From sequence record JX128257: a stretch of 64,000 bases of DNA, one strand, 5' to 3'. Below, piece by piece: positions 37,730-46,861 of this stretch (positions within the stretch are counted from its first letter, which is position 1; every line of letters begins with the position of its first letter). The notes under the pieces were generated by a model, which did not search any database, had not been told where the DNA came from, and was given only the letters and a program-made list of their open reading frames with translations. Both the position numbers and the translations under genes were made by a program. Origin of the DNA: Escherichia phage ECML-4.

Positions 37730-37939
37730 TTTCCTTGGATGTCCAGGGGCAAAACAAGTTTGTTTGTCCCTGCATATCACCCATCCTTCCGAACGGGCTT
37801 GTCTAGCACAATCAGCCCAAGTTTCACCAGCATAAGACTTCATACCGCATCTTGGGTGGTGCTCTTGCCAAGCCCAATCACAAGATTTGCATTCCACGCA
37901 TTCACAATACAAATCTAATGTGTATCCTGCGGTAATCAT
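37721..37939 (-). CDS. hypothetical small Cys-rich protein
   Basis: 72 aa ORF with multiple Cys residues (CECVECKSC ... CG). Confidence 0.4.
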   Translation of the reverse strand: MITAGYTLDLYCECVECKSCDWAWQEHHPRCGMKSYAGETWADCARQARSEGWVICRDKQTCFAPGHPRKSG

Positions 37940-38347
37940 TTAATCCGCCAGGCGTTCGTAAATTTTTTGACGGAACTCATTCCCTTTTGCACAACCTGTG
38001 GCCAGCAAACGAGTACCGCCTGTCCCGATGACACTGATCGTTGAAAATCTGAGAATACGGCCTGTAATGGACTGATCCACTTTGATGGTCTCAACTTTAC
38101 CCAGGCGAAGTTCATCAGCATCACGGCGGATAAACCCTCGTTTTACGATAACCCGTTTGTTGGTGACTGCGAATTCCGTGGTCATCACATTCAAGATAGT
38201 TGGGATCAGGAATAACAAACTGAAACCAAATGTTGGAATAATCGTTAAAGCGACGAGAACATAAATCCAGAATCCACTCCACCAAGTCGGACGAGTGAAT
38301 GCAACCACATATTCATTTTCGCTCAGCATACGGTCGACGTAACGCAT
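37940..38347 (-). CDS. membrane protein with bacterial PH (bPH_2-like) domain
   Basis: Two N-terminal TM helices followed by a small soluble domain typical of YdbT/bPH_2 proteins. Confidence 0.5.
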   Translation of the reverse strand: MRYVDRMLSENEYVVAFTRPTWWSGFWIYVLVALTIIPTFGFSLLFLIPTILNVMTTEFAVTNKRVIVKRGFIRRDADELRLGKVETIKVDQSITGRILRFSTISVIGTGGTRLLATGCAKGNEFRQKIYERLAD

Positions 38348-38348
38348 T

Positions 38349-38870
38349 TTAATTCCTTACTTTGTCAGGATTAGATAAGATTTGTTCGTATCCGACTTCT
38401 CCTTGATAGTCGAAAACATGCTGAAGAATCGCCATATCTTCTACCATCCGATAAACTTCAATTCCAGCGTTCATCAATTTTTTGATTCCATCCATAATAC
38501 GATATGGCTCACGATAATATACTTTATCGATTTTACCGCTATCTATTATCTTTTGAGTGCAATTAGGGCAAGGACTATGTGTCACAAACATAACCAACCC
38601 TGTGAAATCATCTGCATTTTCGGGGATACGCATTAGAGCATTTTCCTCCGCATGAACGACACACGGGTTTGTAACAATTTGCCCGTGTTGTTCCATCTCA
38701 CAAACATTCGGCATGCCAGGAGGCGTTCCGTTCCATCCTATAGCCACAGGCTGATCAGTTTCAGGGTTTACAATAACACAACCGACTTGCAGACGCCGAG
38801 CATAACTGGTTACACCATATGCTGCAGCTGATCGCATATGAGCAAACATCATACGTGGTTTGATAGCCAT
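38349..38870 (-). CDS. cd: dCMP deaminase
   Basis: Zinc-binding HAEENAL and PCPNC motifs of the cytidine/deoxycytidylate deaminase family. Confidence 0.85.
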   Translation of the reverse strand: MAIKPRMMFAHMRSAAAYGVTSYARRLQVGCVIVNPETDQPVAIGWNGTPPGMPNVCEMEQHGQIVTNPCVVHAEENALMRIPENADDFTGLVMFVTHSPCPNCTQKIIDSGKIDKVYYREPYRIMDGIKKLMNAGIEVYRMVEDMAILQHVFDYQGEVGYEQILSNPDKVRN

Positions 38871-39274
38871 TATTCACCTCTCAGAAGACGAGCGAAGCGT
38901 TCAACAATGCGATTGCGCGGCTTCTCGGGAACGATGTCTTCTACCGTAATGGTCAGTGTGTAGTTTGTAGAAAAATCGCAATCGGACTTTGTGATGATTT
39001 TCCGTTCACCAGGCAGCGGATACATCGTTAAAGCCCTATCGACGGAATCTAGAGAAGAACCGACCAAGTCCACCACCCTTTGGTGCCCGAACGATAATGG
39101 ACCTACGACATCCTTTTCAAAAATTTCAATCACGTCGGTGACTAACACACCCAATGCAAGTCTTAGTCCAAGGTTCTGATTTTTATCCCCTAGTGTGTAC
39201 ACAAACTGCCGACGCCACAACTCTTTCCGGTCTTCAGAACGGACGAGAGAATAATTCAAATGGTATTGTTTCAT
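38870..39274 (-). CDS. hypothetical protein
   Basis: ORF overlapping the next start. Confidence 0.45.
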   Translation of the reverse strand: MKQYHLNYSLVRSEDRKELWRRQFVYTLGDKNQNLGLRLALGVLVTDVIEIFEKDVVGPLSFGHQRVVDLVGSSLDSVDRALTMYPLPGERKIITKSDCDFSTNYTLTITVEDIVPEKPRNRIVERFARLLRGE

Positions 39275-39603
39275 TTCACCAACACCTTTTCCAGGAAGAA
39301 GATCATGTCATCCTGGTCGGCACGGCCAAAGATCTGACCGAGGGACACCATGGAATGAACCTCTTTGACAATCAGGTCTTTGCCTGTTGCACCGCTGTTG
39401 TCCAATTCGAGAATTGTAGACATGCGCTCAACCATATGAGGTGGATGATTGATATAACGTTGAAGATACTTTTCACGCAACGCAATTTTTTCGATAAGAT
39501 CTGACATTTCTGCATTCTCTTCTGAATACAGACGTTCTTTAGATTTCAGTTCTTCGAGGCGTTCGTACATTTCTTTTAATGAAATCATGTTTGTCTCTCC
39601 CAA
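39271..39603 (-). CDS. hypothetical protein
   Basis: ORF with GGGAGAG SD. Confidence 0.45.
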   Translation of the reverse strand: MGETNMISLKEMYERLEELKSKERLYSEENAEMSDLIEKIALREKYLQRYINHPPHMVERMSTILELDNSGATGKDLIVKEVHSMVSLGQIFGRADQDDMIFFLEKVLVK

Positions 39604-39650
39604 TAAATTAAGGGGAAGTATACCTTCCCCTTCTTCAATAAAATAAATTA

Positions 39651-40001
39651 TTATTCAGTACAAGCTCGACCAAGTTCAGTCAGGCGGTAGAATGTTACTT
39701 CTGATTTCGGCCAATGCTTATACTCTTCAGAGTCATCATGAACCATAGTGAACGCAGGTTCGATCAGACCTTTAGATAATAATGATTGCCCTGAACGTGT
39801 ATCCCACGGATCACCTTTTACAGAACGAAACCCACCAGCAATCGGAGGGGCATGGAATGTCCATACTGTCTTGCCCTTTTCATTCGTCCAAGACTTCGGA
39901 TTGAAATACCAATGACAAAGGCGTCGATCATCATGGGTTTCAAAATTCAGCATTCCCAGAAGGACACAGAGTTGATGTCCTGTGATTCTTGGCTTTTTCA
40001 T
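39651..40001 (-). CDS. hypothetical protein
   Basis: ORF. Confidence 0.45.
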   Translation of the reverse strand: MKKPRITGHQLCVLLGMLNFETHDDRRLCHWYFNPKSWTNEKGKTVWTFHAPPIAGGFRSVKGDPWDTRSGQSLLSKGLIEPAFTMVHDDSEEYKHWPKSEVTFYRLTELGRACTE

Positions 40002-40330
40002 AAGATCCCCAAGTCAGTAAGGTAACGATAAGACAGGACTACAGATAGAAATCCAATTAACATCCAAGACGACAGGATAGGCTTGCAATTTAGCGTAGTC
40101 TTTCCATTGGGTATGTTGGGACTTCCAGTAATAACAACCGAATCCGTTTTAGCTCTCAACGTCATGACAGAACCCATGAGAATGATTGGGCGCACATAAT
40201 GTCCGTCGCGATTGCGCTTTACAATACATGGTGAAGAAAATCGCAGGAACGGATCACCGCTTTTATAACCGAACAACTCGACCTTTTCTATTTCTTCGGG
40301 AACCTTTTGTCCAGGAAAGAATATTCTCAT
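39998..40330 (-). CDS. hypothetical protein with C-terminal hydrophobic segment
   Basis: ORF with start/stop overlaps. Confidence 0.45.
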   Translation of the reverse strand: MRIFFPGQKVPEEIEKVELFGYKSGDPFLRFSSPCIVKRNRDGHYVRPIILMGSVMTLRAKTDSVVITGSPNIPNGKTTLNCKPILSSWMLIGFLSVVLSYRYLTDLGIL

Positions 40331-40887
40331 AATATGATTCCTAAATTTGTGTATAACAATTCAGCTAGAGTAACAGGTCGTTTGAATTGTTCCCAGCTGC
40401 AGTTCAGATATTCACGTTCTTCGCGGATCTTTTCGTGAAGATGTCCGTGGATATTATACGCCCAACGATCTAATTGATACGGAACGTGTGTAGTCAGAAT
40501 CCGACCGACAGAAGTATCCCGCTCATACATGGCACCAAAGGATGTAATCCAGCCCTCCAGATACAACCGCATTAACATTTTGAAACTGTCGTGGTTGCCC
40601 TGTGCCACCCTGATGATAAAGTTCGGACGCCATTCATCGGGAACGGGGCGGCGCTTGAACTCATCAATGTTCCGCTTGGCTCCTTCGCGCATCAGGCGTA
40701 TGAACCCCTCAGCGCCGATAAAGCAGATGTCCCCCGCCAGTTCAAGGACATCCCGAGATTTCAGCCCTTGGAATATGCTGTCTATAACCGCAGCATCATG
40801 GGATTCTTGAGTATCGAATCCACGAGGTTTAAAGACTTTTTTATGCCCGAGGTGAGTGTCACCAAGGTACTTGACAATTCCTGCCAT
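40327..40887 (-). CDS. calcineurin-like metallophosphoesterase
   Basis: GDTHLGH, GNHD and GHLH metal-binding motifs. Confidence 0.7.
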   Translation of the reverse strand: MAGIVKYLGDTHLGHKKVFKPRGFDTQESHDAAVIDSIFQGLKSRDVLELAGDICFIGAEGFIRLMREGAKRNIDEFKRRPVPDEWRPNFIIRVAQGNHDSFKMLMRLYLEGWITSFGAMYERDTSVGRILTTHVPYQLDRWAYNIHGHLHEKIREEREYLNCSWEQFKRPVTLAELLYTNLGIIL

Positions 40888-41229
40888 TTATGGCCTCCTC
40901 ATCCATTCTAATATTGGGATGCCTACAAACCCTTTATGCCAGCGGTGGGGTTTATGGCCTCTGTTGTGATCCAACAAACAAGTATCTGGAGGAACACTGA
41001 AATGGATACCATCGATATCGTAATAATTCCCGTCGATAAGAGTATACACATGCCCTTCAATCTGGCTGTAATGAATCTCCGCTTGCGGATAAACGTGTTT
41101 GAGAACCAGGGCGACTTGATAGCACTTCCCGTTCTTTCCCACATACTCAACATCCACCTGTTGTGGGAAAATGTCCTTGATCAGATTTATCAATATGGTG
41201 ATATCATTCACTACAACAGATGGTTTCAT
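40888..41229 (-). CDS. hypothetical protein
   Basis: ORF with GGTGAG SD. Confidence 0.45.
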   Translation of the reverse strand: MKPSVVVNDITILINLIKDIFPQQVDVEYVGKNGKCYQVALVLKHVYPQAEIHYSQIEGHVYTLIDGNYYDIDGIHFSVPPDTCLLDHNRGHKPHRWHKGFVGIPILEWMRRP

Positions 41230-41242
41230 CTTCTCATCTCAC

Positions 41243-41905
41243 CTATGATAACTCATAGCGATGGCGGGTACATGCAGGGCAATTACAGTCTTTTCTCAAA
41301 ATTGGCATTTCACACCACGTCATCAAACCATGTATTGGAGACATATGATGATAAAACCATGATTTTTTGAGACTAATCAAAGGATATAAAATTTCAATTG
41401 GCCTTTCCCCGTCTCTTGTCATCATATTGTATCCTTCGATGACCTTATTGAAAGCTGGGATCCAGTGGATCGCGTCGTCCCCGTTGACATATGCCAATAT
41501 GTATGTGGGAGGCAAACTCCGGCCTTTAAATTGTGTGTTTAATAACCATATCGGGGCTTGTGCTAAACACGCACGAAACCCGCCGTCCGGCACGTGAATG
41601 CTACTAATCGGTTCTTGGTGATGAGTCCAACGATGCATAAGAAGCGGAGCATTCTTGTTGATCCAATTATAAATTTTATTTCGCGCCCAATTCTCACGTT
41701 TGGATTTGAAATTATTATTTTCAAGATGGCAATACACAGTATGAACCGAATAACCTTTCGATAATAACCAAACCAACATGTATGTGCTATCCACGCCGCC
41801 TGACCAAAACAATGTCACTTCTTGATTATTTTCCGGCAAAGGTGCATCCCCTTGAAGGACACGGTACACAAATTCACAATCAGATACAGAGACAGCGATT
41901 TCCAT
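41243..41905 (-). CDS. PP-loop ATP pyrophosphatase, QueC-like (putative)
   Basis: SGGVDS PP-loop near the N-terminus and a C-terminal C-x9-C-x-C-x2-C cluster; TAATG coupling to the upstream ORF. Confidence 0.6.
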   Translation of the reverse strand: MEIAVSVSDCEFVYRVLQGDAPLPENNQEVTLFWSGGVDSTYMLVWLLSKGYSVHTVYCHLENNNFKSKRENWARNKIYNWINKNAPLLMHRWTHHQEPISSIHVPDGGFRACLAQAPIWLLNTQFKGRSLPPTYILAYVNGDDAIHWIPAFNKVIEGYNMMTRDGERPIEILYPLISLKKSWFYHHMSPIHGLMTWCEMPILRKDCNCPACTRHRYELS

Positions 41906-42201
41906 TAAATTATTCCCCTCAAAGAGTCATTGATTCTACGCAATTCATTTTCCACCTTTATCTTCATATTTTTGTCGTCGTTCACGAAAATCATTTTATC
42001 TAAATCTTCGCCATTAATCTTTGTATAAAAATAAATGTCATGCTCAAAGAAAATCGTTTTTCCAACAGAACGCATGGCAAAGAATGTCGCAATAGTTCTC
42101 GATAATGGCTTGAACTTAATAGCATTAAAACGCAAAGCCTGATATAGGGGTTTTAATGTTCCCAATCTGATACAGTGCTGAATGATTTCTTGTTCTTTCA
42201 T
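41905..42201 (-). CDS. hypothetical protein
   Basis: ORF translationally coupled to the PP-loop gene. Confidence 0.45.
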   Translation of the reverse strand: MKEQEIIQHCIRLGTLKPLYQALRFNAIKFKPLSRTIATFFAMRSVGKTIFFEHDIYFYTKINGEDLDKMIFVNDDKNMKIKVENELRRINDSLRGII

Positions 42202-42277
42202 CCCATTGTCCGAGTGACGGGGTTTCCGATGAATCCCCCTATGTTTGTTGGTTAAACAATGATACTTTAGTCAAGAT

Positions 42278-42302
42278 ATAGAAAAGCCCCTTTCGGGGCT
42301 TA
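42278..42302 (-). terminator. rho-independent terminator (minus strand)
   Basis: AAGCCCC-GAAA-GGGGCTT followed by TTTTCTATATC on the minus strand. Confidence 0.7.
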
Positions 42303-42590
42303 TTCTTCATCAGATTTGAAAAGGTTCCATCGGCCTATTCCATACCATTCTCCAATATTGTTGGAGTAGCGGGTTGTCCTAACTCCACCGATTTCGTACC
42401 CCCATTTGAAGAAACTCCATCTTTCCTTTAGGGTGGGTGGTTTATTTCCGGTTGCCAAGGAGCAAGCTGTAAGCCAACGTGCGATACTAATGGCTTGAAA
42501 AATTGGATGAATAAACGAATAATACACAACACCCAGAGTTATAATGACGAAGACGCATGTCGTAATCAACCCGACAATTTCAAAGAACAT
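42300..42590 (-). CDS. hypothetical membrane protein
   Basis: N-terminal TM helix. Confidence 0.45.
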   Translation of the reverse strand: MFFEIVGLITTCVFVIITLGVVYYSFIHPIFQAISIARWLTACSLATGNKPPTLKERWSFFKWGYEIGGVRTTRYSNNIGEWYGIGRWNLFKSDEE

Positions 42591-42664
42591 TTATAACCCC
42601 CAATATTGAACACACACTATGATGAACGTTGTGATCGTGAATACCCAGGAGAAGATAGAAAGTT

Positions 42665-43297
42665 TCATTCTTCTACCTTTAGCCCCATCAGGTCTTCCAT
42701 GGTCTTCTGAATACGAAGCCAATCAAGAGCAGCGTCATAACGAGGATCGTGGTATACCATGCCTTCCAGTTCCCAAGCCTTGATACCAGCATAACGATCC
42801 TGTTGCCCAACGCCTTTCAGCCAGCTCACGATGTCGAAGGTGTGATGGTAATCCCAAGGCTCGTTGGAGTCCTGCTTACATGTCACCTCAATGATATGTT
42901 GGGCCTTGCGGAGATCAAACAAGTTTCGGTCACACCAGTCAACCGAGCGCGGGTCTATCCCAAGACGATGACAACCTTTGCGGATTTCATCGGCCAGCTG
43001 GAAGATAGAGGTGTCCTGATCGGTCGGGTACAGGCTGACAGCGCGAGCAGCATCACACGGGTTTCGCTTACCCGTACCTAACCACCATTCAACAGTCCCC
43101 TGATCCTTGACGCGGCCAAGTTTAGTCTGCTCTTTGACATCCAACTTTATGAACGTCGTTCGCTCTTCAACGAGTTGCTGAAGAGTGTAGCGTTTGGTCA
43201 GGTCGGCGATAGTATGCGCCCAGGATAACATAATAGCATCGTCCCAGCGCCCCAGAGTCTCGCTATCGGCGACAGCCAAGAAATTAGATTTATACAT
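42665..43297 (-). CDS. DEDD-family 3'-5' exonuclease (DexA-like, putative)
   Basis: N-terminal ADSETLG (Exo I DxE) and C-terminal YHDPRYDA (H-x4-D) motifs. Confidence 0.55.
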   Translation of the reverse strand: MYKSNFLAVADSETLGRWDDAIMLSWAHTIADLTKRYTLQQLVEERTTFIKLDVKEQTKLGRVKDQGTVEWWLGTGKRNPCDAARAVSLYPTDQDTSIFQLADEIRKGCHRLGIDPRSVDWCDRNLFDLRKAQHIIEVTCKQDSNEPWDYHHTFDIVSWLKGVGQQDRYAGIKAWELEGMVYHDPRYDAALDWLRIQKTMEDLMGLKVEE

Positions 43298-43634
43298 CGG
43301 TTTCCCCCGCTTTCTCTAAAAGAAGTTTCAAAGGATATGTCCCACAAGCGGTGGCATATTCAACTCTGAAATATGAATTATCGTTCATGGCGAAATTGCG
43401 ATGAGGAAAATATTCACCATCATCAAAACCACCCATCCCTCCACCGACGCGATATTGTTTCAATTCTACTTCGCCACCGTAACGCAGTTGGGCGTAGAGA
43501 CCGATAGGAGCGCGAACATAATGCTCCAACCACACCCAATTACCGTCATGTAGACGGGTGGGTAAAAACGCAAACCGTACCTTGGGATGAAGAACGGCTT
43601 TAGCCAACATTTCTTCCGTCACTTCAGATTTCAT
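43290..43634 (-). CDS. hypothetical protein
   Basis: ORF. Confidence 0.45.
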   Translation of the reverse strand: MKSEVTEEMLAKAVLHPKVRFAFLPTRLHDGNWVWLEHYVRAPIGLYAQLRYGGEVELKQYRVGGGMGGFDDGEYFPHRNFAMNDNSYFRVEYATACGTYPLKLLLEKAGETDV

Positions 43635-44236
43635 CCGATGCTTTCCTCTTCGATGACGTCTTCTTCATTAGGAACAACCGAGATCCCAAAGTCGATCATT
43701 TGAGAGAGTTCTTGTAAATCCTTTTCGAATCCATCCCCTTCCCGAATATAGAATACTGGGACCACGCGACGGCGAGTATCTTCAAAGATGGTTTCGGCGA
43801 TTTTGTTAATCTGGCCCACCACATGTGTGAGATTCAAGCCACCAATACCACAACCGATGGCGGGCAAACCGACATAGACAGTTTCATCAGCTTTGGCTTC
43901 AACGATATCATGAATTTGTTCAAACATGATCTGGACTGAGCTAATGATAGATGGCATGCGAGCATTGGGACCTGGGTAAAATTGAGTATACAAATTGAAT
44001 CCCCAGACACCAGTGTCATGATCAAACGCATAGGACATGTTTCCCAAGCGCTGTTCCGGACCACGTTCATCTAATTGGTCGGCGCGGTAAATCTCTGGGA
44101 AATTCAATCGAACGTGATTGGCGATACCCGCGCCCATTACAGACCAACAATTTGCGCCGTGAGCAAAGGCATTGATAAGATTGAAACTCGTGGCGGCTTT
44201 TAATAAATCGCCATTTGTGATAATATAAGTGGTCAT
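43631..44236 (-). CDS. Macro-domain protein (putative ADP-ribose binding / ADP-ribosyl hydrolase)
   Basis: ITNGDLL ... NAFAHGANCWSVMGAGIAN and LPAIGCGIGGL motifs matching the Macro fold; ATG at 44236 with GGAG SD. Confidence 0.65.
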   Translation of the reverse strand: MTTYIITNGDLLKAATSFNLINAFAHGANCWSVMGAGIANHVRLNFPEIYRADQLDERGPEQRLGNMSYAFDHDTGVWGFNLYTQFYPGPNARMPSIISSVQIMFEQIHDIVEAKADETVYVGLPAIGCGIGGLNLTHVVGQINKIAETIFEDTRRRVVPVFYIREGDGFEKDLQELSQMIDFGISVVPNEEDVIEEESIG

Positions 44237-44469
44237 GCGTAACGTCTCCATTGTATAATTTCGTTGTCGACACAACTGACCTGAATGATACACATATTCT
44301 GGCGATGGTCGGTGAGTGTCATAATAAAACTGTCTGGTTGTGACATGACACGATTAACAGATATCCCGCGCGACATCAAACGAAAGCAAATTTCTTGATA
44401 CAAACGTTGCATATATCCTGAAACAGAAGCCGATTCATATGCGCGTTCAAATTCGTATAATTCGTTCAT
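44233..44469 (-). CDS. hypothetical protein
   Basis: ORF. Confidence 0.4.
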   Translation of the reverse strand: MNELYEFERAYESASVSGYMQRLYQEICFRLMSRGISVNRVMSQPDSFIMTLTDHRQNMCIIQVSCVDNEIIQWRRYA

Positions 44470-44690
44470 TTATTAAGACCATTAATAGCATTTTCAGAGA
44501 TGTATTCGACGAATTGATTGTCAGCCGCCATTTTTAAAAGTTCAAACAATTCAGTTCCAACTGTACTCCCAAACATTCCTTCCAATACTCCTTGGACATC
44601 TTCATCTATTTCTTCGATGATGAGTCCATAAGATTTCAGGCGTCGCGAAATAGCACGGAACTGGGCAATATCTCCAATTTCATTTGCCAT
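44466..44690 (-). CDS. hypothetical protein
   Basis: ORF. Confidence 0.4.
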   Translation of the reverse strand: MANEIGDIAQFRAISRRLKSYGLIIEEIDEDVQGVLEGMFGSTVGTELFELLKMAADNQFVEYISENAINGLNK

Positions 44691-44738
44691 GGTATTATCT
44701 CAATATGGGGTTAGGCGGCAATTATACCGCCATTTTCT

Positions 44739-45152
44739 TCAATAGAGGTCTTCGGAAAAGAGTTCACGGAAAGGAGTGTTCTTCAAACGAACTTGATTGG
44801 TTTGTCCAGCTTCACGGGCTACAATAGCCGCCTCTTCCCTAGACATCCATTGCCCATAGTTATCGATAAACCCTTGTTCACGCGTGCGGGTGTTTTCGAT
44901 AACACCTGCTTCCTTCAATCGTTTCAGTTGCGCATTCATTAATTTGTCGTGGTGACGGGCGCTTACAACGATGACATCACCATATCTGTTGGCAGCGGCC
45001 ACTACGCGGCGGTCAAATTTAGTTGGGTCTGGTATATCCCGAGCATATAGGGCGATATGGGTGTCGTCAACATCCCCTTTGACTTCAGAATATAACTGGC
45101 CACCATTAGGAGATCCAGTGGGTAAAGAACGAAAATAACCGAGTAATTTCAT
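44739..45152 (-). CDS. hypothetical protein
   Basis: ORF. Confidence 0.45.
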   Translation of the reverse strand: MKLLGYFRSLPTGSPNGGQLYSEVKGDVDDTHIALYARDIPDPTKFDRRVVAAANRYGDVIVVSARHHDKLMNAQLKRLKEAGVIENTRTREQGFIDNYGQWMSREEAAIVAREAGQTNQVRLKNTPFRELFSEDLY

Positions 45153-45207
45153 AATCTAGTCTATCCATATTTCAGGTTCGGGGATATCAACCATCTCCAT
45201 TGACATA

Positions 45208-45519
45208 TTACGCCTCCACTTCTTCATCAGGAAAATAAGGGCGTAAATCCCCAATTAATTTAGGGAAGAGGGCAAACCCGAACAGATTAAAAGAACGCAT
45301 GGTCCCAACCATACCAACATCATCCAATTCGGTAACGTCAGAAAGGGCACACAACGGTATCCACACGTCTTCTTGTCCTTCGTAATTTACGAAGGCAACT
45401 TCCTCTTTGATGAATCGAGGACACAGAATATCAAACAGCCAATAGACGTATGCCAGTAATGAGAGACTGCGGAAATATACAAACATGGTGAACCCCTCAC
45501 AGGTTTGGAGGGAATTCAC
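45208..45519 (-). CDS. hypothetical protein
   Basis: ORF. Confidence 0.4.
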   Translation of the reverse strand: MNSLQTCEGFTMFVYFRSLSLLAYVYWLFDILCPRFIKEEVAFVNYEGQEDVWIPLCALSDVTELDDVGMVGTMRSFNLFGFALFPKLIGDLRPYFPDEEVEA

Positions 45520-45528
45520 CCTCCAGAT

Positions 45529-46860
45529 TTATAGGCTTAATGCCTTTTCAAGATCATCTAAATCATCATTGTAGAGATCAATGTCTTGTTTGTTATTTAA
45601 TTCTTCTCTTTGTTCTTCCAGATTCTTTATCTGATTCAACAATCGTTCACGTGCGTCTAACGTGATTGATGATAAAGACATCTTGAATAATTCATCAAGA
45701 TCACCATCAAAATCTGGATAATCCGTTTGAAACAACGCTTTCAGTTCTGTAATGCTGCGACGCATATCCGTAACCACAGCCCAACTGATGAATAATGCAC
45801 GGTTGTTCAGGCGATGAATTTTATCAGTCATCTCCTTTAACAGGTATTGACGACGGTCTTCATAACGGATCAAACGATAGTTGAAGAAGGAAAGCAGCAT
45901 CTCCTTCCACCCAGAATAACGTCGGATGACACCATCTTCATCCCATGCCGTCCAGACGGGTTTGTTCGCAGAGTATAGTTTGAACATCTGCTCGATTTGT
46001 GCATCATCCAGCTTAGACAATTCACCACGTTTGAACACGACAGTAATGTCCCAGCCGTCTTCGGTCGTGTCATTGGCGTATTCAGTGAGCAAACCCGCCT
46101 TATACAACGGCAACAGAACTTTGGTCTCATACGATTTAGCGAACCAACCAATTGGGACCTCGGTGATGTGAAGGGTTGTAGCATTGATGCGTTTGAAGAT
46201 GCCGCGACTGTATGCTCTTCCTTCCTCAGTATAGCCTGTCTCTCCTTTATATCCATTCCAGTACGGTTTTAAGTCCGTAGGGTCTTCGCCACGGAGAAGT
46301 GCTCTCAGAGCGCCGAGGACTGATTTAACGCAATGGCATGGGGTGTCCGTTGAGTACCCAGATCCGATACCATTAATTCCGTTCACCAAGAACATGGGAA
46401 TAACAGGCAAAAAGAACTTTGGTTCCAATTGTTCTTCACCCAAGTAGTTGTAATCCAAAATCCCCTCATCTTCCTTACGGAATATTTTACGGATAACATC
46501 GGATACAGAAACAGAAATGTAACGAGCAGACGATGCATCACGTCCCATGATAGAACCAAATTGACCATCACGGTCAAAGTATGGAATATTGTTCGTACCA
46601 GGAAACGCCTGAGCCATGTTCACAATCGTATTGCCCATGTTCTCACCACCGGACTTGTAGTTGGTACGAGCGGCGGCGAACATACCCAGACGATCAACAA
46701 TCTCTTCCTTGCCATATTCCAATGCAGTGAAAAGAATTTTGCGCTGACTTGGTTTCAAACTGTCAATCAACTGAGGTATTTGACGGATGCTGTTGAACAC
46801 AGAAAATGCCTTGTGATCATTATTGACATAATCCGTGACATTGATACTTTGAGCGACCAT
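45529..46860 (-). CDS. DNA topoisomerase II medium subunit (GyrA-like, T4 gp52-like)
   Basis: Follows the GyrB-like gene with a 1 nt gap; ATG at 46860 (the track ORF start at 46932 would overlap the upstream gene). Confidence 0.75.
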   Translation of the reverse strand: MVAQSINVTDYVNNDHKAFSVFNSIRQIPQLIDSLKPSQRKILFTALEYGKEEIVDRLGMFAAARTNYKSGGENMGNTIVNMAQAFPGTNNIPYFDRDGQFGSIMGRDASSARYISVSVSDVIRKIFRKEDEGILDYNYLGEEQLEPKFFLPVIPMFLVNGINGIGSGYSTDTPCHCVKSVLGALRALLRGEDPTDLKPYWNGYKGETGYTEEGRAYSRGIFKRINATTLHITEVPIGWFAKSYETKVLLPLYKAGLLTEYANDTTEDGWDITVVFKRGELSKLDDAQIEQMFKLYSANKPVWTAWDEDGVIRRYSGWKEMLLSFFNYRLIRYEDRRQYLLKEMTDKIHRLNNRALFISWAVVTDMRRSITELKALFQTDYPDFDGDLDELFKMSLSSITLDARERLLNQIKNLEEQREELNNKQDIDLYNDDLDDLEKALSL

Positions 46861-46861
46861 C

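Noticed and set aside
42591-42668. 25 aa hydrophobic micro-ORF between the exonuclease and the membrane protein gene
   Set aside because: Too short to support; start overlaps the upstream stop and there is no independent SD. Could be real but cannot be justified from sequence alone.
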